Virus record (IMG/VR): IMGVR_UViG_3300045988_126355
From: a virus
DNA: 64,000 nucleotides
Reading direction: 5' to 3' (one strand)
Made by a program: the position numbers and the translations under genes. Below the pieces are notes generated by a model. The model ran no database searches. It saw nothing but the letters and a program-made list of their open reading frames with translations, and was not told the origin of the DNA. Shown here one piece after another: positions 35,717 through 46,690 of the stretch (position 1 is its first letter; the number at the start of each line of letters is the position of its first letter).

Positions 35717-36899
35717 TACCATGAGAGTGTTAAGTTTATTTGACGGAATGTCATGTGGTCAAATAGCGCTAAAAGAAATAGGGATCACACCTGAAGTATA
35801 TTATGCATCAGAAATAGATAAGTTTGCTATTAAACAAACGCAATTAAATTTCCCTAATACGATACAAGTAGGAGATGTAAGGGATTTGAATGTAGAAGAT
35901 CTTGGACACATAGATCTTATTTTAGCCGGCAGCCCATGTACGGATATGTCCTTTTCTGGAAAAAGAAAAGGGTTGTCTACCGTAGAAGGAATAGAAATCA
36001 AATCACTTAATGAGTATCTTGAACTAAAAAAACAAGGATTTGAGTTTACCGGTCAGTCTTACTTATTCTGGGAGTTTATTCGTATTTTGAATGATGTAAG
36101 AAAAACTAATCCTGATGTATTATTTCTTCTTGAGAACGTTAAGATGGGAAAGAAATGGGAGCCGGTATTTGATGATGCTATAGGGTGTAAAGGCAATCAT
36201 ATTAATTCAGCACTTGTTTCCGCTCAAACCAGGAAACGTATTTATTGGACTAATATTCAAGGCGGCATTATCCCTCAACCTAAAGACGAAGGTTTGACTA
36301 TAAGTGATATAGCGGAATATGAAGTAGATGAAAAATATTACTTATCTGAAAAAGTTTTAAACAATTTAGCTTTTCACTTAAAAAGAAATCACGACAAGGG
36401 AAATTATTATGGAGCTAATATTAAAACAAAAGATGAAAAATCCAATACTGTTACCGTAAAGGGTAAATACATGTACGATCTTATTTGTGTAGCAATGAGA
36501 GGTAGGAATCCAGAAAAACCTACATGTAGAGAATCTGGTCTTAAAACAGTTCAGATGATTGAATTTAAAAACGATGGAAAATCCAATTGTCTCACAACAG
36601 TTCAGAAAGATAATCTTATTTTCCAAATACCAAGAGGATTTAACAAAGGTGGATTTCATGAAGATAAGGCTCCAACATTATCTTGTAATTCATATGATAG
36701 AAACAATTTTATCATACAGAGAGCATTACATGGCGATTTCAGAATAAGAAGATTAACCCCTACAGAGTGCTCCAGGTTACAGACTGTACCAGATTGGTAT
36801 AAATGGGAATGCAGCAAAACCCAACAGTACAAGATGTTGGGAAACGGGTGGACTATTAAAGTTATTGAACATATACTTAAAAGAATAAAAGAATCATGA
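35700..36899 (+). CDS. DNA (cytosine-5)-methyltransferase (399 aa; start may be Met ~35721)
   Basis: Motif I LSLFDGMSCG; motif IV GSPCTDMSFSG; motif VI ENV; motif VIII QTRKR; motif X GNGWTIKV. Confidence 0.9.
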   Translation: MKNVYNTMRVLSLFDGMSCGQIALKEIGITPEVYYASEIDKFAIKQTQLNFPNTIQVGDVRDLNVEDLGHIDLILAGSPCTDMSFSGKRKGLSTVEGIEIKSLNEYLELKKQGFEFTGQSYLFWEFIRILNDVRKTNPDVLFLLENVKMGKKWEPVFDDAIGCKGNHINSALVSAQTRKRIYWTNIQGGIIPQPKDEGLTISDIAEYEVDEKYYLSEKVLNNLAFHLKRNHDKGNYYGANIKTKDEKSNTVTVKGKYMYDLICVAMRGRNPEKPTCRESGLKTVQMIEFKNDGKSNCLTTVQKDNLIFQIPRGFNKGGFHEDKAPTLSCNSYDRNNFIIQRALHGDFRIRRLTPTECSRLQTVPDWYKWECSKTQQYKMLGNGWTIKVIEHILKRIKES

Positions 36900-37426
36900 T
36901 TAGAGCAAGATTTTACATTAAAAAATCCGACTGCGATAACGACTACCGTCCAGTCAAATGGCCTATAAAATATCCATATTGGTGTAGTGCAGAATCCAGT
37001 AATTCATTTGTATTGGTGGCGTATGCTGAAGATGAAGACAGCATAAAAGAACTGTGGCCGGAGGCGTATGATATTAATGTCTTAGAGAAAGATACCGAAA
37101 TTAGATTCACATTAAGATTCCCTAAGCCGGAATGGTATGAATTGTACGAAAGGGAATTAGAAGAATGTGATAGATTTATATGGGTTACGGATGCGTGCCT
37201 GAGAGACGGTATAATAAGAAAAGTAAAAGCTAAAATAGAAGAGTATGGTGGTCTTTTGTTAGCTGACATTCCTGATAGGTTCACTCCTTATGAAATAGGA
37301 AGGGATGCTTTTGAGAGCAAAGAAGAAGCTTTAAAACATGCAGAGGAACGGAGAGCGCACCTGATCGAATCTATTAAGAAACAATTGAATGAACTTGAAA
37401 ATCTAAAATTTGAATGCGATGATTAA
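36896..37426 (+). CDS. hypothetical protein (176 aa)
   Basis: ORF, ATGA-coupled. Confidence 0.45.
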   Translation: MIRARFYIKKSDCDNDYRPVKWPIKYPYWCSAESSNSFVLVAYAEDEDSIKELWPEAYDINVLEKDTEIRFTLRFPKPEWYELYERELEECDRFIWVTDACLRDGIIRKVKAKIEEYGGLLLADIPDRFTPYEIGRDAFESKEEALKHAEERRAHLIESIKKQLNELENLKFECDD

Positions 37427-38132
37427 TTACGCAGCAAAAGCCAGAAAAGCTTATTTGATAAATAATTTCGATAAGATTCTTAACAGTCTTAACACGCTTC
37501 ATTCAACGGTTGAAACCATGACGTTGTTCGTAAACGACCAGGCTTATAATTACATTCTTAAGCTAAAGGAGGTAATTAAAACCAGTCCTATGTATAAGCA
37601 CAATATCAAGCGTCTTTTAAATGATATGGACAAAGAGATAAAGAGGTACAATGCTTCTATCTACTACATAAATAAAGAGCGTAGTGAGGTTATAGCTGAT
37701 ATAACACAAGCGATGGAAGATTACCTCATGCCATACATAGACGACCTGGCCGGCGCTATAAGGGCAGCCGTGTGGTCGAGGGGTGTGTCCGAGGAGCGGA
37801 CGGAAGCGGCGGTACTGTCCCTAATCGTATCCTCCTTGGCCACGACATCAGGCAGACTTATTTCAGGTGGATATCAGATCATGAAAGAAATGGGTGGGGG
37901 TCAAGGTGGTAATCCATTTACGTTTATGAGCATTGATAAGATAAGACACTTATCTACATCATTATCTGATGCTATTACTGGTGGAGAGATTACTCTTGAA
38001 GAAAAAGAAGCCAATGATATAACTAAGGCAATGGATGTTTTTATTGAGAAAATGTCTGATTCGGATATTGTTGACAAGGTAATCAGCATACTCGAAGAGG
38101 CAGAATCTAAAAATAAGGAGGAGCGATCGTGA
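37410..38132 (+). CDS. hypothetical protein (240 aa)
   Basis: ORF. Confidence 0.45.
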   Translation: MNAMINYAAKARKAYLINNFDKILNSLNTLHSTVETMTLFVNDQAYNYILKLKEVIKTSPMYKHNIKRLLNDMDKEIKRYNASIYYINKERSEVIADITQAMEDYLMPYIDDLAGAIRAAVWSRGVSEERTEAAVLSLIVSSLATTSGRLISGGYQIMKEMGGGQGGNPFTFMSIDKIRHLSTSLSDAITGGEITLEEKEANDITKAMDVFIEKMSDSDIVDKVISILEEAESKNKEERS

Positions 38133-38320
38133 ATTATTTGGATGGGTATGTAGAAGAAGTTCTTTCTGAGCCGTACTATGACGATTATGGCTCTGGGATT
38201 TTTAGGTGGTGGGTGAAAGTGTCTTACGTTTGTGAAGGAATAGGAGCTGTCACTACCTTAATGTTTGATACGAGAGAAGAAGCGGAGACAGTAAAACCAG
38301 GTTATAAATTTTTATGTTGA
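38129..38320 (+). CDS. hypothetical protein (63 aa)
   Basis: ORF, ATGA-coupled. Confidence 0.35.
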   Translation: MNYLDGYVEEVLSEPYYDDYGSGIFRWWVKVSYVCEGIGAVTTLMFDTREEAETVKPGYKFLC

Positions 38321-38327
38321 AAATAAT

Positions 38328-38645
38328 ATGAGGTATTTTATTTTATTGATGGCACTTGTGTTATCATCATGTTCGCATGATGATAGTCAGGTCAATAACG
38401 GATGGGTTATATATGATCTACGTCCTTTAGAAGATGGATGTATAATGTATTATGGTGAAGACGAAAGAATTTCAATATTTTATAATAATAGGCTTATAAA
38501 ATTCGTTGGATACCAAGGGGAATACAATATCGGAGATTCTATTAAGATCGTGAAATATAATATTATGAGAAAAGTAAAAGGGGATGCAGTAATGCCACCC
38601 TATACAGGGTTTGGGTATAACCCGGTTAAGAAATTTATTAACTAA
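38328..38645 (+). CDS. putative lipoprotein (signal peptide MRYFILLMALVLSSC) (105 aa)
   Basis: Lipobox-like LSSC after a hydrophobic N-terminus; last plus-strand gene before the strand switch. Confidence 0.45.
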   Translation: MRYFILLMALVLSSCSHDDSQVNNGWVIYDLRPLEDGCIMYYGEDERISIFYNNRLIKFVGYQGEYNIGDSIKIVKYNIMRKVKGDAVMPPYTGFGYNPVKKFIN

Positions 38646-39036
38646 TATTACAGGTGTAAACTTGTATATAATTACCATAGCTATTAGCTTTATTAAAAGC
38701 GTAATCTGTATTACTGGTATCATATTCAAGATACGCATTCTGATTTTCACGCCCCCAATAATCCTTTTTAATAGTTCCCATATGAGAACTATCTTGTGCA
38801 AATATATTGTCTATTTCTCCATCCTTACCCCAACGAAATGTGCCAATATATTCGGTGGCTATAACAAAACACACTTTATCTACAAGAGCTATTCCATTGC
38901 ATAGATCATTGGAATATCCTTTATTAGACCAATTTTCTTTTGTATATAATCCTCCATCTACATGTTGGATGTATATGCCTTTATTGATTATAAGCGAGGG
39001 ATTTACCCCCATCCCTATTTGAAATCTTCGTCTCAT
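38638..39036 (-). CDS. hypothetical protein (132 aa from Met 39036; the track ORF extends to 39168)
   Basis: ORF convergent with the plus block; the upstream 44 codons look non-coding. Confidence 0.4.
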   Translation of the reverse strand: MRRRFQIGMGVNPSLIINKGIYIQHVDGGLYTKENWSNKGYSNDLCNGIALVDKVCFVIATEYIGTFRWGKDGEIDNIFAQDSSHMGTIKKDYWGRENQNAYLEYDTSNTDYAFNKANSYGNYIQVYTCNIS

Positions 39037-39250
39037 GATTTTTGTTTGCAAGATAGCAATAATTGACAACATAAAAGAAACCGGTTCCCTATCATCTCTG
39101 ACTGAGAACCGGTAAGAAAACAATTTCAGAAAAAAATTAAACCTACATAATCTTTCAAGTAAGAACAAAAAACGTACAATCTACTCTTTGACGATGCTAA
39201 TATAACATATTGGAATCATACAAAAACAATGCAAGTCCGATATTCTTCGT

Positions 39251-42200
39251 CTACTTGTAGCTAACATCATCGTCCCCTTCCGAATCAGGAGTAGCGCCGA
39301 TGAAGAACATCATTGACTTGTTGTTCGTCTGCTGCCACCAATTATAGGCGCGCGCTACGTCTTCCGGCGTCTTGATATTATACCATTGTTTGATAAACGT
39401 CTGTTTGGCGAGTTGCCTAAATAACTTAGACTCTCCCTTGTATGTACCGGATGTTACTTTATCAAGTGAGTAATTCCTAAGATCAGTAAGATCCTTCAGT
39501 TTTCGCCCCATAACAAACGGATCGTTAATGATATCTACCACGTTAAGCTCCATAATAAACGGCATCTGTGAAGCTATTTCGTTTATGGTTCTGAATCCGA
39601 CATAGGATCCAAATTGAGTAAGCCAACTTTCTTCGTTTTCATCATCATCACGCCATCCGGCAAGAAGCATAGATACGGCCTGCATGATAAGGAACGTGCC
39701 GGCATAGACACTGAGACGTTTGAGATTGGTTTTTTCTACCTCATTCATATTGTCTTTATTTTCATTCCAGGCATCTATGATGTTTTTCATACCAGACTCG
39801 GAAGCCAGGCTAAATGTTTTGGCTATCATATTCTTTAACGTAATTGACAACCCTTCCTCTTCTTGCATTGTCTGGAAATTGAAGCCACGTCTTTTCCACA
39901 GACGTTGAGCCGACAGCACCAACCATCCTCGGTGGGCGGTCATGAACCTGGCTATCCAGTTGCGCGATGCGGCAGTTCGGTTTTCTTCATTCAAAGATCC
40001 GTTGCATATCTGCGACAAGCTACGAACTTGATTTCTGGTTATAGCCATCTGGGTTTCTACTTCCTCAACAGTAACACCCGATCCTGGCTTTACAACCACC
40101 TTCCCATCCACGACGTCTACCATACTCCATAAAGTACGATCTTTTAATGCGTTCCATTCTCTTTTTATGGTACTCTGTTCTTTATTGCGTTCTTTTTCCA
40201 TCTTGAAATCTTGGAACGTGTAGAACCGGCCTTTGTAATAACGAACATTGTCCATAGTAGCAATCATAACCTGCGGATCAAGAGGGTAGTTCAGGATTTC
40301 CATAAAAGCATACATAGGCGAACGCATTAAGGTCCTGGCCGCTCTATTGTATCCGGCACCATACATACGATTTCGGATATTGAATATCCCCATTCTCTCA
40401 CCTATGACATATAATTTGCTTTTCCTATCTATGTCTCCGGTTTCTGCTATACAAGATGGAGCAAGGCGTGAAAATTCAGCCGATGCGTATTTAAGGGAGT
40501 CTTTGCTTATATACTGTCCTACGGCAGATTCCATGATGAGGTTGATATGACCTGTCAGGGCGCCGGTAGCTGCCACAAACGGAGACAGTGCCAAGTTCAT
40601 GACCGACATAAATCTTTCAACAGCCATCATAATTCTTGTAAGGTCTACCGTATATCCTCCGATGTTCACCGTAAGTTTTTTGGTGTTCATCCTAATGCCA
40701 TAATAATGATCGTTGAAGAAGTCCCTGAACATCTGATATGCTTGGGTTGCTTCAGCCTTTTTACCACCTTCAAATTGTTTATTTAGTAACATCTGCTCCA
40801 GTCCTTGAGCGAGCTCTATAGACTTCTGCTTTTCGTTGTATAACGATGACTGCATCATAAGCATCGAATAAGAGTAGCCAAAATCGTGAGATACATCATC
40901 TTGGTTCTCCAATTCATATATGTAGTATTTAGGTATAGACCTAAGCCTGTCTTCTGGATCATACACTTCTCCTTGCCTGGTCTTACCATATAGAGAATCG
41001 TCTACTCTGTCCAGGCACAGATCTGATACAAAATTACGAACCGTATTTTTGAAGTTAATACCCAATCCTTCTATACGTTCTATATCTTGTTTTGATATCT
41101 GTGGAATAGCATACAGGTTCGGGCTCTGCTCTTTGTATAGATCAAGTGATTGTCTTTTTATTTCCTTGAGTTTTTGAATCATATTCCACTGATCTACGTT
41201 TTTAGTAGCAACTTCATTACCGTCAGCATCATACTTGATACCAAAGTCATTGAAATACGATTCGTCACGATACAGGCTTTTCTTAGGCATGCGATGACCA
41301 TACCCATGATCTTTTACATAATCAGGATTACGGCCGCTATTTTCGGCTTCAGATTCAGCCACCCATGCCCTTGCAGGGTCGAAAGAAAGGTACGATATGT
41401 CCATGCCATAATCTTGGGTGGATGTACCGTTTTGTACGTCCTTAACCATCTGCGCCACATCTATCTCACCTCGACCGATTTTGTCGATCATGGCCGCATA
41501 TCCGGTAGGCGCCATGCGTTTATAGTACGAAAAAACCTGGCTCCTGGCAAATTCATTAACAATAGCATTAGCTTCTTCTATGCCCGCTTTTATGTCAGCT
41601 TCTATACCCTCTTCTCTTGTATTATTTAAAAATAAGCTGGTCATCTTAGCATTAACAGCATTCCTGAAATCTCTACCGTCTAATTCTTTGCTTATACCAA
41701 GCTTTTCTGACAGGTAGTTGGTTTCAGATACGGTAAACAGATATCGGTTATCAGCAGCCTTAAACAGCTTATCCCTTAAAGCCTGAATCCTTTTTGCTTT
41801 CTTCGCCGTAGTATGACGTTGTACGAACTTCCATTCCACTTCCTTGGAGTCAGCAAGAGCATTTAAATAAGACTGATTTACTTCGTTTTCAGCCTTACTG
41901 CTTTTAGTAAGGTACTTATCAATATCTTCAAGACCCACCATCTTAGCATAATCTATCAAAATAGCGTAATCGGTTTCAATAGCTTCGGATGCGGCCCTAA
42001 AAGCATCTCTTTCAGATGAGGTAAATGTCGCTTCGTTAATTTCTCCGATATCAGCCACATCGCGATTGTTTCCGATTATTTCCTTGATAATGGCCTTATT
42101 TTTTTCTATATCTTTTACAATCGAGTCCACGTCAGTCGCATCTCTATCACTTGTCGTAGAACTAATGATATCATGCGCCATTTTAAGATACGAAGCCTTG

Positions 42201-45200
42201 TTATTTGATTCGGTACGTGCCGACTGTTCCGATTCTACATCATTCCAAAACCGATCATTAAATGACAGGTGACCTCCCAACATAAGTGCCTTCAACGCAG
42301 CTTCTCCTCCTGACTCGTTCTGAATCGTTCTTAATTTTTGCAAAAACGATTCTGATACGGAATTAGTGGCATTATTTGATTCTTTTCTCCAAACTTCATT
42401 TATGGCTTGTATTTCTTTGGCCATCTTAAGTTGGTCGCCGGTTTTTTCAACACGTCTGGTCCCTACATATATGTATTCCGAAGCTGCTTCCTTACGTTGT
42501 TTACGAAGCAGTCCTTCTTCTTCGTAGTTACTACTCTTATAGTAGGCAACCTCATCAAAATTACCACCGCTATCAATAAAAGGCTGCCTCAATATCCGTT
42601 TTTGCCGGGATAAGGCATTAAGGTATTCTTTGGTTGTTTGAGAAACCGGATGTCCTAATTCTTCTTCAGCCTTTTTGTATATGGATTCCATTCTTGTGGC
42701 GTAACTTTCACTAAATTCCAATTCTGAATTTTCAGCATCCCACTTTTCCATCTGCTCCGTATAGATCTTTTCCTGCTCGATGGTAAAAATATCGGTATTA
42801 ACCCTGTCAGATGAGGGCTTAAATTTAGCGTTTTCAGTAACCGTATTTCCGTCCTTGTCAACTACTTCTCTTTTAAATACGTAATTACGATTATTGTCAA
42901 CCACATCATTGATTTCTTCTTCTGATATTTCTATGTTCATGGCAGCCGCAAACGCACGCATCTGTGCCAGTTTCTTATTACGATCGTATTTAGCCATATC
43001 AAGAGCACTGCGAAGGTAATTAGAAGTTTTGCCATCTACTTTCTGAAGCAGTTTTTCAAATTCAGATTTGTTAAAACCATGCTTTTTAGCATATGCCAGG
43101 AAGTCGGATATGGCGGGCTGAGCATTCACCATCGCATTGTAATTGTCTTTGGCAATCATAGCTCCAAGAGCGTTATTGAACGGACTGGAAGAATGCTCTA
43201 ATATACCGAACCACCTACTTATCCAAGAGACATCATGTTGAACTTTGTCAAAAAATTCTTTTACTCTCTTTACCTTATCTGCCGGCACATGAAGTTCGTT
43301 CATTAACTTATCAAGCAACGTGCTTTCATCAAGGTCTTGTACTGATTTAATATCAGACTGAATACCATTAATGTCGGCAATGACGGTATTGATCCTATTT
43401 GTATAATCCTGCTTTTCACGTTCATCAAATTCGGTACTTCTGTTACGGATATATCCTCGAAGATCGTTCATGATCGGAAGAACCTGATTGTTGATAATAT
43501 CTACGTTCTTTCGATCATTGGTATTGAAGTGAAGCTTACCATCTTTGGTATCACCATGAAGGATGGTGTTCACCACATTGCTTAAGTATCTGACCTGAGC
43601 TTCGGCTGTAGAGATCATGCTATTCATGGCAGCCGCCATCTCATTCTTGTCTATTTCGGTCTCTACCTTATTTATCTTATCTTCTATAGTCTTAAGCTGA
43701 GCAAGGGTCATAGACGTAGTTACAGCCCTATCAGAGCTTATCTGACGCAAGTCTCTTAAGGTTTTTCTCAATGCCCGGATCTTAGACTCAAGAAACTTGT
43801 TCTTGTTCATAGAAGAAAGGGAGTATAATGTAAAGTCATTATCCTTTAACAGAGAGGTGTCAAATCCTTTATCTATGTCAGTAATGGCAAGATCACGAAT
43901 GCTTTTAATAACGTTATTCAAATCTTGTCTTTGGGTTGATAAAGCTGATTTAAGCCAGCTTACGATTCCAGAGAGAAGCTGCCGGACGCGCCCCAGGAAG
44001 GAGGTGGGCTCTACCGGCGCCTGTGCTGTGCCGGTCTGCATCTCCCTGGCGAGGATCTTTCCAAGAATTTCTCTCCTAACGGCATTATCAAGCTCAGATC
44101 CTTCATATACCTTACCGTATGTATTATAATACTGACCTGCATACTGGTTCCACTCTTCCGTACCTTCTACATCTTGCAGAACAGCCTCAACAGCATTCTG
44201 ATCTCTGTATGCCTCTACAAGGAAGTGGGATGTTTCTTCTACTAAATCAGATAAAGTAGCATCTTCACCAACTGCTATTACGTTATTGGCAATATCCGCC
44301 AATGCCTTAGCAGAAGGTTCATGCCCGTATTTGGTTTGGTACTTCTCTATATAATCGGTCATACCTATGACACTAACGCCAAGCGTTTTCAGTATCTCGA
44401 CAATAGAATTTCGTTGATCACGTTCCTGCCTGCTATAATCTGATACGATCTTAGCTTTAGTATCAGCATAAAGATCGTTGTCTTCTAATATGAATGAAAC
44501 TACAAGCGCATCAAAATGATCGTACTTGGCGTCCAATTCATTGTATCTTCCTGACTTAAGATCGTTCTTTATCTGCTCTTTGCTAACCCTTTCCGTTCCT
44601 CCGGTGGCGAGCCTCATAGTTACATTACTATTATCCAACGAGCTTATGGTTATCATACCTTGGTCGTTCATGGAAACATCGGAACCAAAATGATTACGGA
44701 GCTCGGTGTATGATAAGGCTGAATTGAAAAGTCTAATTTGTCCTGTATGACCTTCTCCTGTAAGATAATAGCTTCTTGTTTCCGGATCGAATATCTTAGA
44801 TCCTGACAAAAGACCTTTCTTTATAAGGTAGTTAATTATACCACCTTTTGTTGATAAAGAAGTAGAAGCAGAAGCGGTCATGACCGGTATAAAAGATTTG
44901 GGATTATTAAGAACATACTTTCCAGCCTTGTAAGTAATGTCTGCCACGCCATCCACGGTAGATTCTTGAACGGTGCCTGATAAGAATCCTATTCTAATAT
45001 CATTTCCGCCAGAGCGAAGAGCTTCTCCGTAATCTTCAAATAATTGACTACGATCGTTCATGAAAAACAAACGAGGCTCTCCGGTCTGATACGTTACACC
45101 CACAGGATTAGAATCTGTCTGTGGTAGCTCTTCTGGGCTAAATATCTTAAGACCGTCTTTTATAACCATATAATTAACACCCTTATCCTGTACCATAGAT

Positions 45201-45697
45201 ACGGGAGTGAAGTCCGAAGATATAGCATCTTGTAGATACTGCCCTGCGTCTATTCCCGGTCCTTCCGGTACGGAAATACTTGACGGGACCATAGCATCTA
45301 CCAACATAATATTATCACCCAGATCTTGGCTGTAAAATCCAAAGCCCGATTCTTGGATTTCATAAGGTGCATCTGATTTTGACACAAGAACAGGATTACT
45401 CATCTTAGAAGCCTTATCCAGTACCCTTTCTCTATAGGCTTCTGGGATAAGATCGATGTTGGATTTTACCTTATTATAAGCCTGTTTGTTGATAGGCACT
45501 CTCTTTCTCCAGTCGCCAAAAGCCTTTAAGAACTTGTTGGAAAATACGGTTTTAAAAACAGTAGTAGCCCGTTCCCTGTTCTCCATAAGGGGAATAGATG
45601 CTATTTTATCAAACAACATAGACCTGTCCCCTGATCTGGTAGAGACAGAAACAACTTTCTTTTTATTATCTCTTTTAATAATACACGTTGATACCAT
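39251..45697 (-). CDS. giant virion-associated protein (2148 aa), function unknown
   Basis: Single uninterrupted 6.4-kb ORF; no catalytic motif recognised by eye. Confidence 0.8.
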   Translation of the reverse strand: MVSTCIIKRDNKKKVVSVSTRSGDRSMLFDKIASIPLMENRERATTVFKTVFSNKFLKAFGDWRKRVPINKQAYNKVKSNIDLIPEAYRERVLDKASKMSNPVLVSKSDAPYEIQESGFGFYSQDLGDNIMLVDAMVPSSISVPEGPGIDAGQYLQDAISSDFTPVSMVQDKGVNYMVIKDGLKIFSPEELPQTDSNPVGVTYQTGEPRLFFMNDRSQLFEDYGEALRSGGNDIRIGFLSGTVQESTVDGVADITYKAGKYVLNNPKSFIPVMTASASTSLSTKGGIINYLIKKGLLSGSKIFDPETRSYYLTGEGHTGQIRLFNSALSYTELRNHFGSDVSMNDQGMITISSLDNSNVTMRLATGGTERVSKEQIKNDLKSGRYNELDAKYDHFDALVVSFILEDNDLYADTKAKIVSDYSRQERDQRNSIVEILKTLGVSVIGMTDYIEKYQTKYGHEPSAKALADIANNVIAVGEDATLSDLVEETSHFLVEAYRDQNAVEAVLQDVEGTEEWNQYAGQYYNTYGKVYEGSELDNAVRREILGKILAREMQTGTAQAPVEPTSFLGRVRQLLSGIVSWLKSALSTQRQDLNNVIKSIRDLAITDIDKGFDTSLLKDNDFTLYSLSSMNKNKFLESKIRALRKTLRDLRQISSDRAVTTSMTLAQLKTIEDKINKVETEIDKNEMAAAMNSMISTAEAQVRYLSNVVNTILHGDTKDGKLHFNTNDRKNVDIINNQVLPIMNDLRGYIRNRSTEFDEREKQDYTNRINTVIADINGIQSDIKSVQDLDESTLLDKLMNELHVPADKVKRVKEFFDKVQHDVSWISRWFGILEHSSSPFNNALGAMIAKDNYNAMVNAQPAISDFLAYAKKHGFNKSEFEKLLQKVDGKTSNYLRSALDMAKYDRNKKLAQMRAFAAAMNIEISEEEINDVVDNNRNYVFKREVVDKDGNTVTENAKFKPSSDRVNTDIFTIEQEKIYTEQMEKWDAENSELEFSESYATRMESIYKKAEEELGHPVSQTTKEYLNALSRQKRILRQPFIDSGGNFDEVAYYKSSNYEEEGLLRKQRKEAASEYIYVGTRRVEKTGDQLKMAKEIQAINEVWRKESNNATNSVSESFLQKLRTIQNESGGEAALKALMLGGHLSFNDRFWNDVESEQSARTESNNKASYLKMAHDIISSTTSDRDATDVDSIVKDIEKNKAIIKEIIGNNRDVADIGEINEATFTSSERDAFRAASEAIETDYAILIDYAKMVGLEDIDKYLTKSSKAENEVNQSYLNALADSKEVEWKFVQRHTTAKKAKRIQALRDKLFKAADNRYLFTVSETNYLSEKLGISKELDGRDFRNAVNAKMTSLFLNNTREEGIEADIKAGIEEANAIVNEFARSQVFSYYKRMAPTGYAAMIDKIGRGEIDVAQMVKDVQNGTSTQDYGMDISYLSFDPARAWVAESEAENSGRNPDYVKDHGYGHRMPKKSLYRDESYFNDFGIKYDADGNEVATKNVDQWNMIQKLKEIKRQSLDLYKEQSPNLYAIPQISKQDIERIEGLGINFKNTVRNFVSDLCLDRVDDSLYGKTRQGEVYDPEDRLRSIPKYYIYELENQDDVSHDFGYSYSMLMMQSSLYNEKQKSIELAQGLEQMLLNKQFEGGKKAEATQAYQMFRDFFNDHYYGIRMNTKKLTVNIGGYTVDLTRIMMAVERFMSVMNLALSPFVAATGALTGHINLIMESAVGQYISKDSLKYASAEFSRLAPSCIAETGDIDRKSKLYVIGERMGIFNIRNRMYGAGYNRAARTLMRSPMYAFMEILNYPLDPQVMIATMDNVRYYKGRFYTFQDFKMEKERNKEQSTIKREWNALKDRTLWSMVDVVDGKVVVKPGSGVTVEEVETQMAITRNQVRSLSQICNGSLNEENRTAASRNWIARFMTAHRGWLVLSAQRLWKRRGFNFQTMQEEEGLSITLKNMIAKTFSLASESGMKNIIDAWNENKDNMNEVEKTNLKRLSVYAGTFLIMQAVSMLLAGWRDDDENEESWLTQFGSYVGFRTINEIASQMPFIMELNVVDIINDPFVMGRKLKDLTDLRNYSLDKVTSGTYKGESKLFRQLAKQTFIKQWYNIKTPEDVARAYNWWQQTNNKSMMFFIGATPDSEGDDDVSYK

Positions 45698-45721
45698 GAT
45701 AAAACATTTTTGTTATGAGAC

Positions 45722-45729
45722 AAAGGTAG
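45722..45729 (-). promoter_or_regulatory. Possible Bacteroides-type -7 element TAccTTTG upstream of the giant gene
   Basis: Reverse complement of caaaggta; 25-32 nt upstream of the ATG. No convincing -33 TTTG partner seen. Confidence 0.2.
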
Positions 45730-45749
45730 TTAAAAATCAAGCATATCAT

Positions 45750-45787
45750 AAAAAATAAAGCCATCTAACTTCTCAGTCTGATGGCTT
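45750..45787 (-). terminator. rho-independent terminator (minus strand): gatggctt...aagccatc 8-bp stem followed by T-run
   Basis: Perfect stem; on the minus strand followed by tattttttt; downstream of the gene ending at 45840. Confidence 0.5.
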
Positions 45788-45839
45788 AAAAATGATATGA
45801 AAAAAAATTATAATCTGACGAAAAATCGTCAAGTTCAGC

Positions 45840-46232
45840 TTATATGTAATGCATGTACCCATCTCGGTGAATAAACCTTCCCGATTCAAAGCGCTCAATA
45901 TCTTCAGGGCAAATAGAGCCTGAATCTTCTCTCCTGGCTTCAAACCAAAGCCCTGGCTTGCGAAGTCGGCAAGTTATGATATAATTGAAGCAATTGTGCG
46001 TAAAATGGAAAACAGATCCTACAGGGAAATACCTATCAGCTTGAAATACGATTCTTTTTCGTTTAGTATCAAACGTGATATCCCCTACTATCTTAGCCAC
46101 GTAATAGCTTCTGCCATTTAACGTTTCATCTGTTTGTGGTATCCAATAATAACCTCTTGCCATGCCACAAATATATAAAAAAAGTCGGACAAGATACATG
46201 TCCGACTTTATATTACTTTGATTCGTTTTCAA
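45840..46232 (-). CDS. hypothetical protein (130 aa; start possibly internal MARGYYW)
   Basis: ORF. Confidence 0.45.
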   Translation of the reverse strand: MKTNQSNIKSDMYLVRLFLYICGMARGYYWIPQTDETLNGRSYYVAKIVGDITFDTKRKRIVFQADRYFPVGSVFHFTHNCFNYIITCRLRKPGLWFEARREDSGSICPEDIERFESGRFIHRDGYMHYI

Positions 46233-46372
46233 ACCGCTTTATAAGAGAAGCAATATCATCACCACAAACAAACATCATTCGACGTTCTTCTTTTGGTTTA
46301 TGAGACACTGGGATGGTTTTGTTTATCTTAATCTGATTCGCCAGACCTCTGCCTAAACGAATATCAACTTTT

Positions 46373-46690
46373 TTACCTTTCATGAATTATTTGTTTAAAA
46401 AGACCAATTCCATCTATTATAATATGACCACTTTGCATACGACCATTATTAGGATTGTGTAGAAAATTGAAACCACTTTCTTTTTCCTGTCTTTCAAAAG
46501 AACTGATATCCTTTCCTCTACGGGCTCTTTCAAAAGCTTTCTTGAACAACTTGCCTCTAAAGGTCTTGACGAGGATCTTGGTAGCGTTATTGCCGGCTTT
46601 TACCATTGCTTTCCTTGCCTGGTCCTCCGAGACAAAACTGCTTCGGAAAATATACGATGCTGCTGTTTGTATGTCCTGCTTGGTAATCAT
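46373..46690 (-). CDS. hypothetical protein (105 aa)
   Basis: ORF. Confidence 0.45.
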   Translation of the reverse strand: MITKQDIQTAASYIFRSSFVSEDQARKAMVKAGNNATKILVKTFRGKLFKKAFERARRGKDISSFERQEKESGFNFLHNPNNGRMQSGHIIIDGIGLFKQIIHER

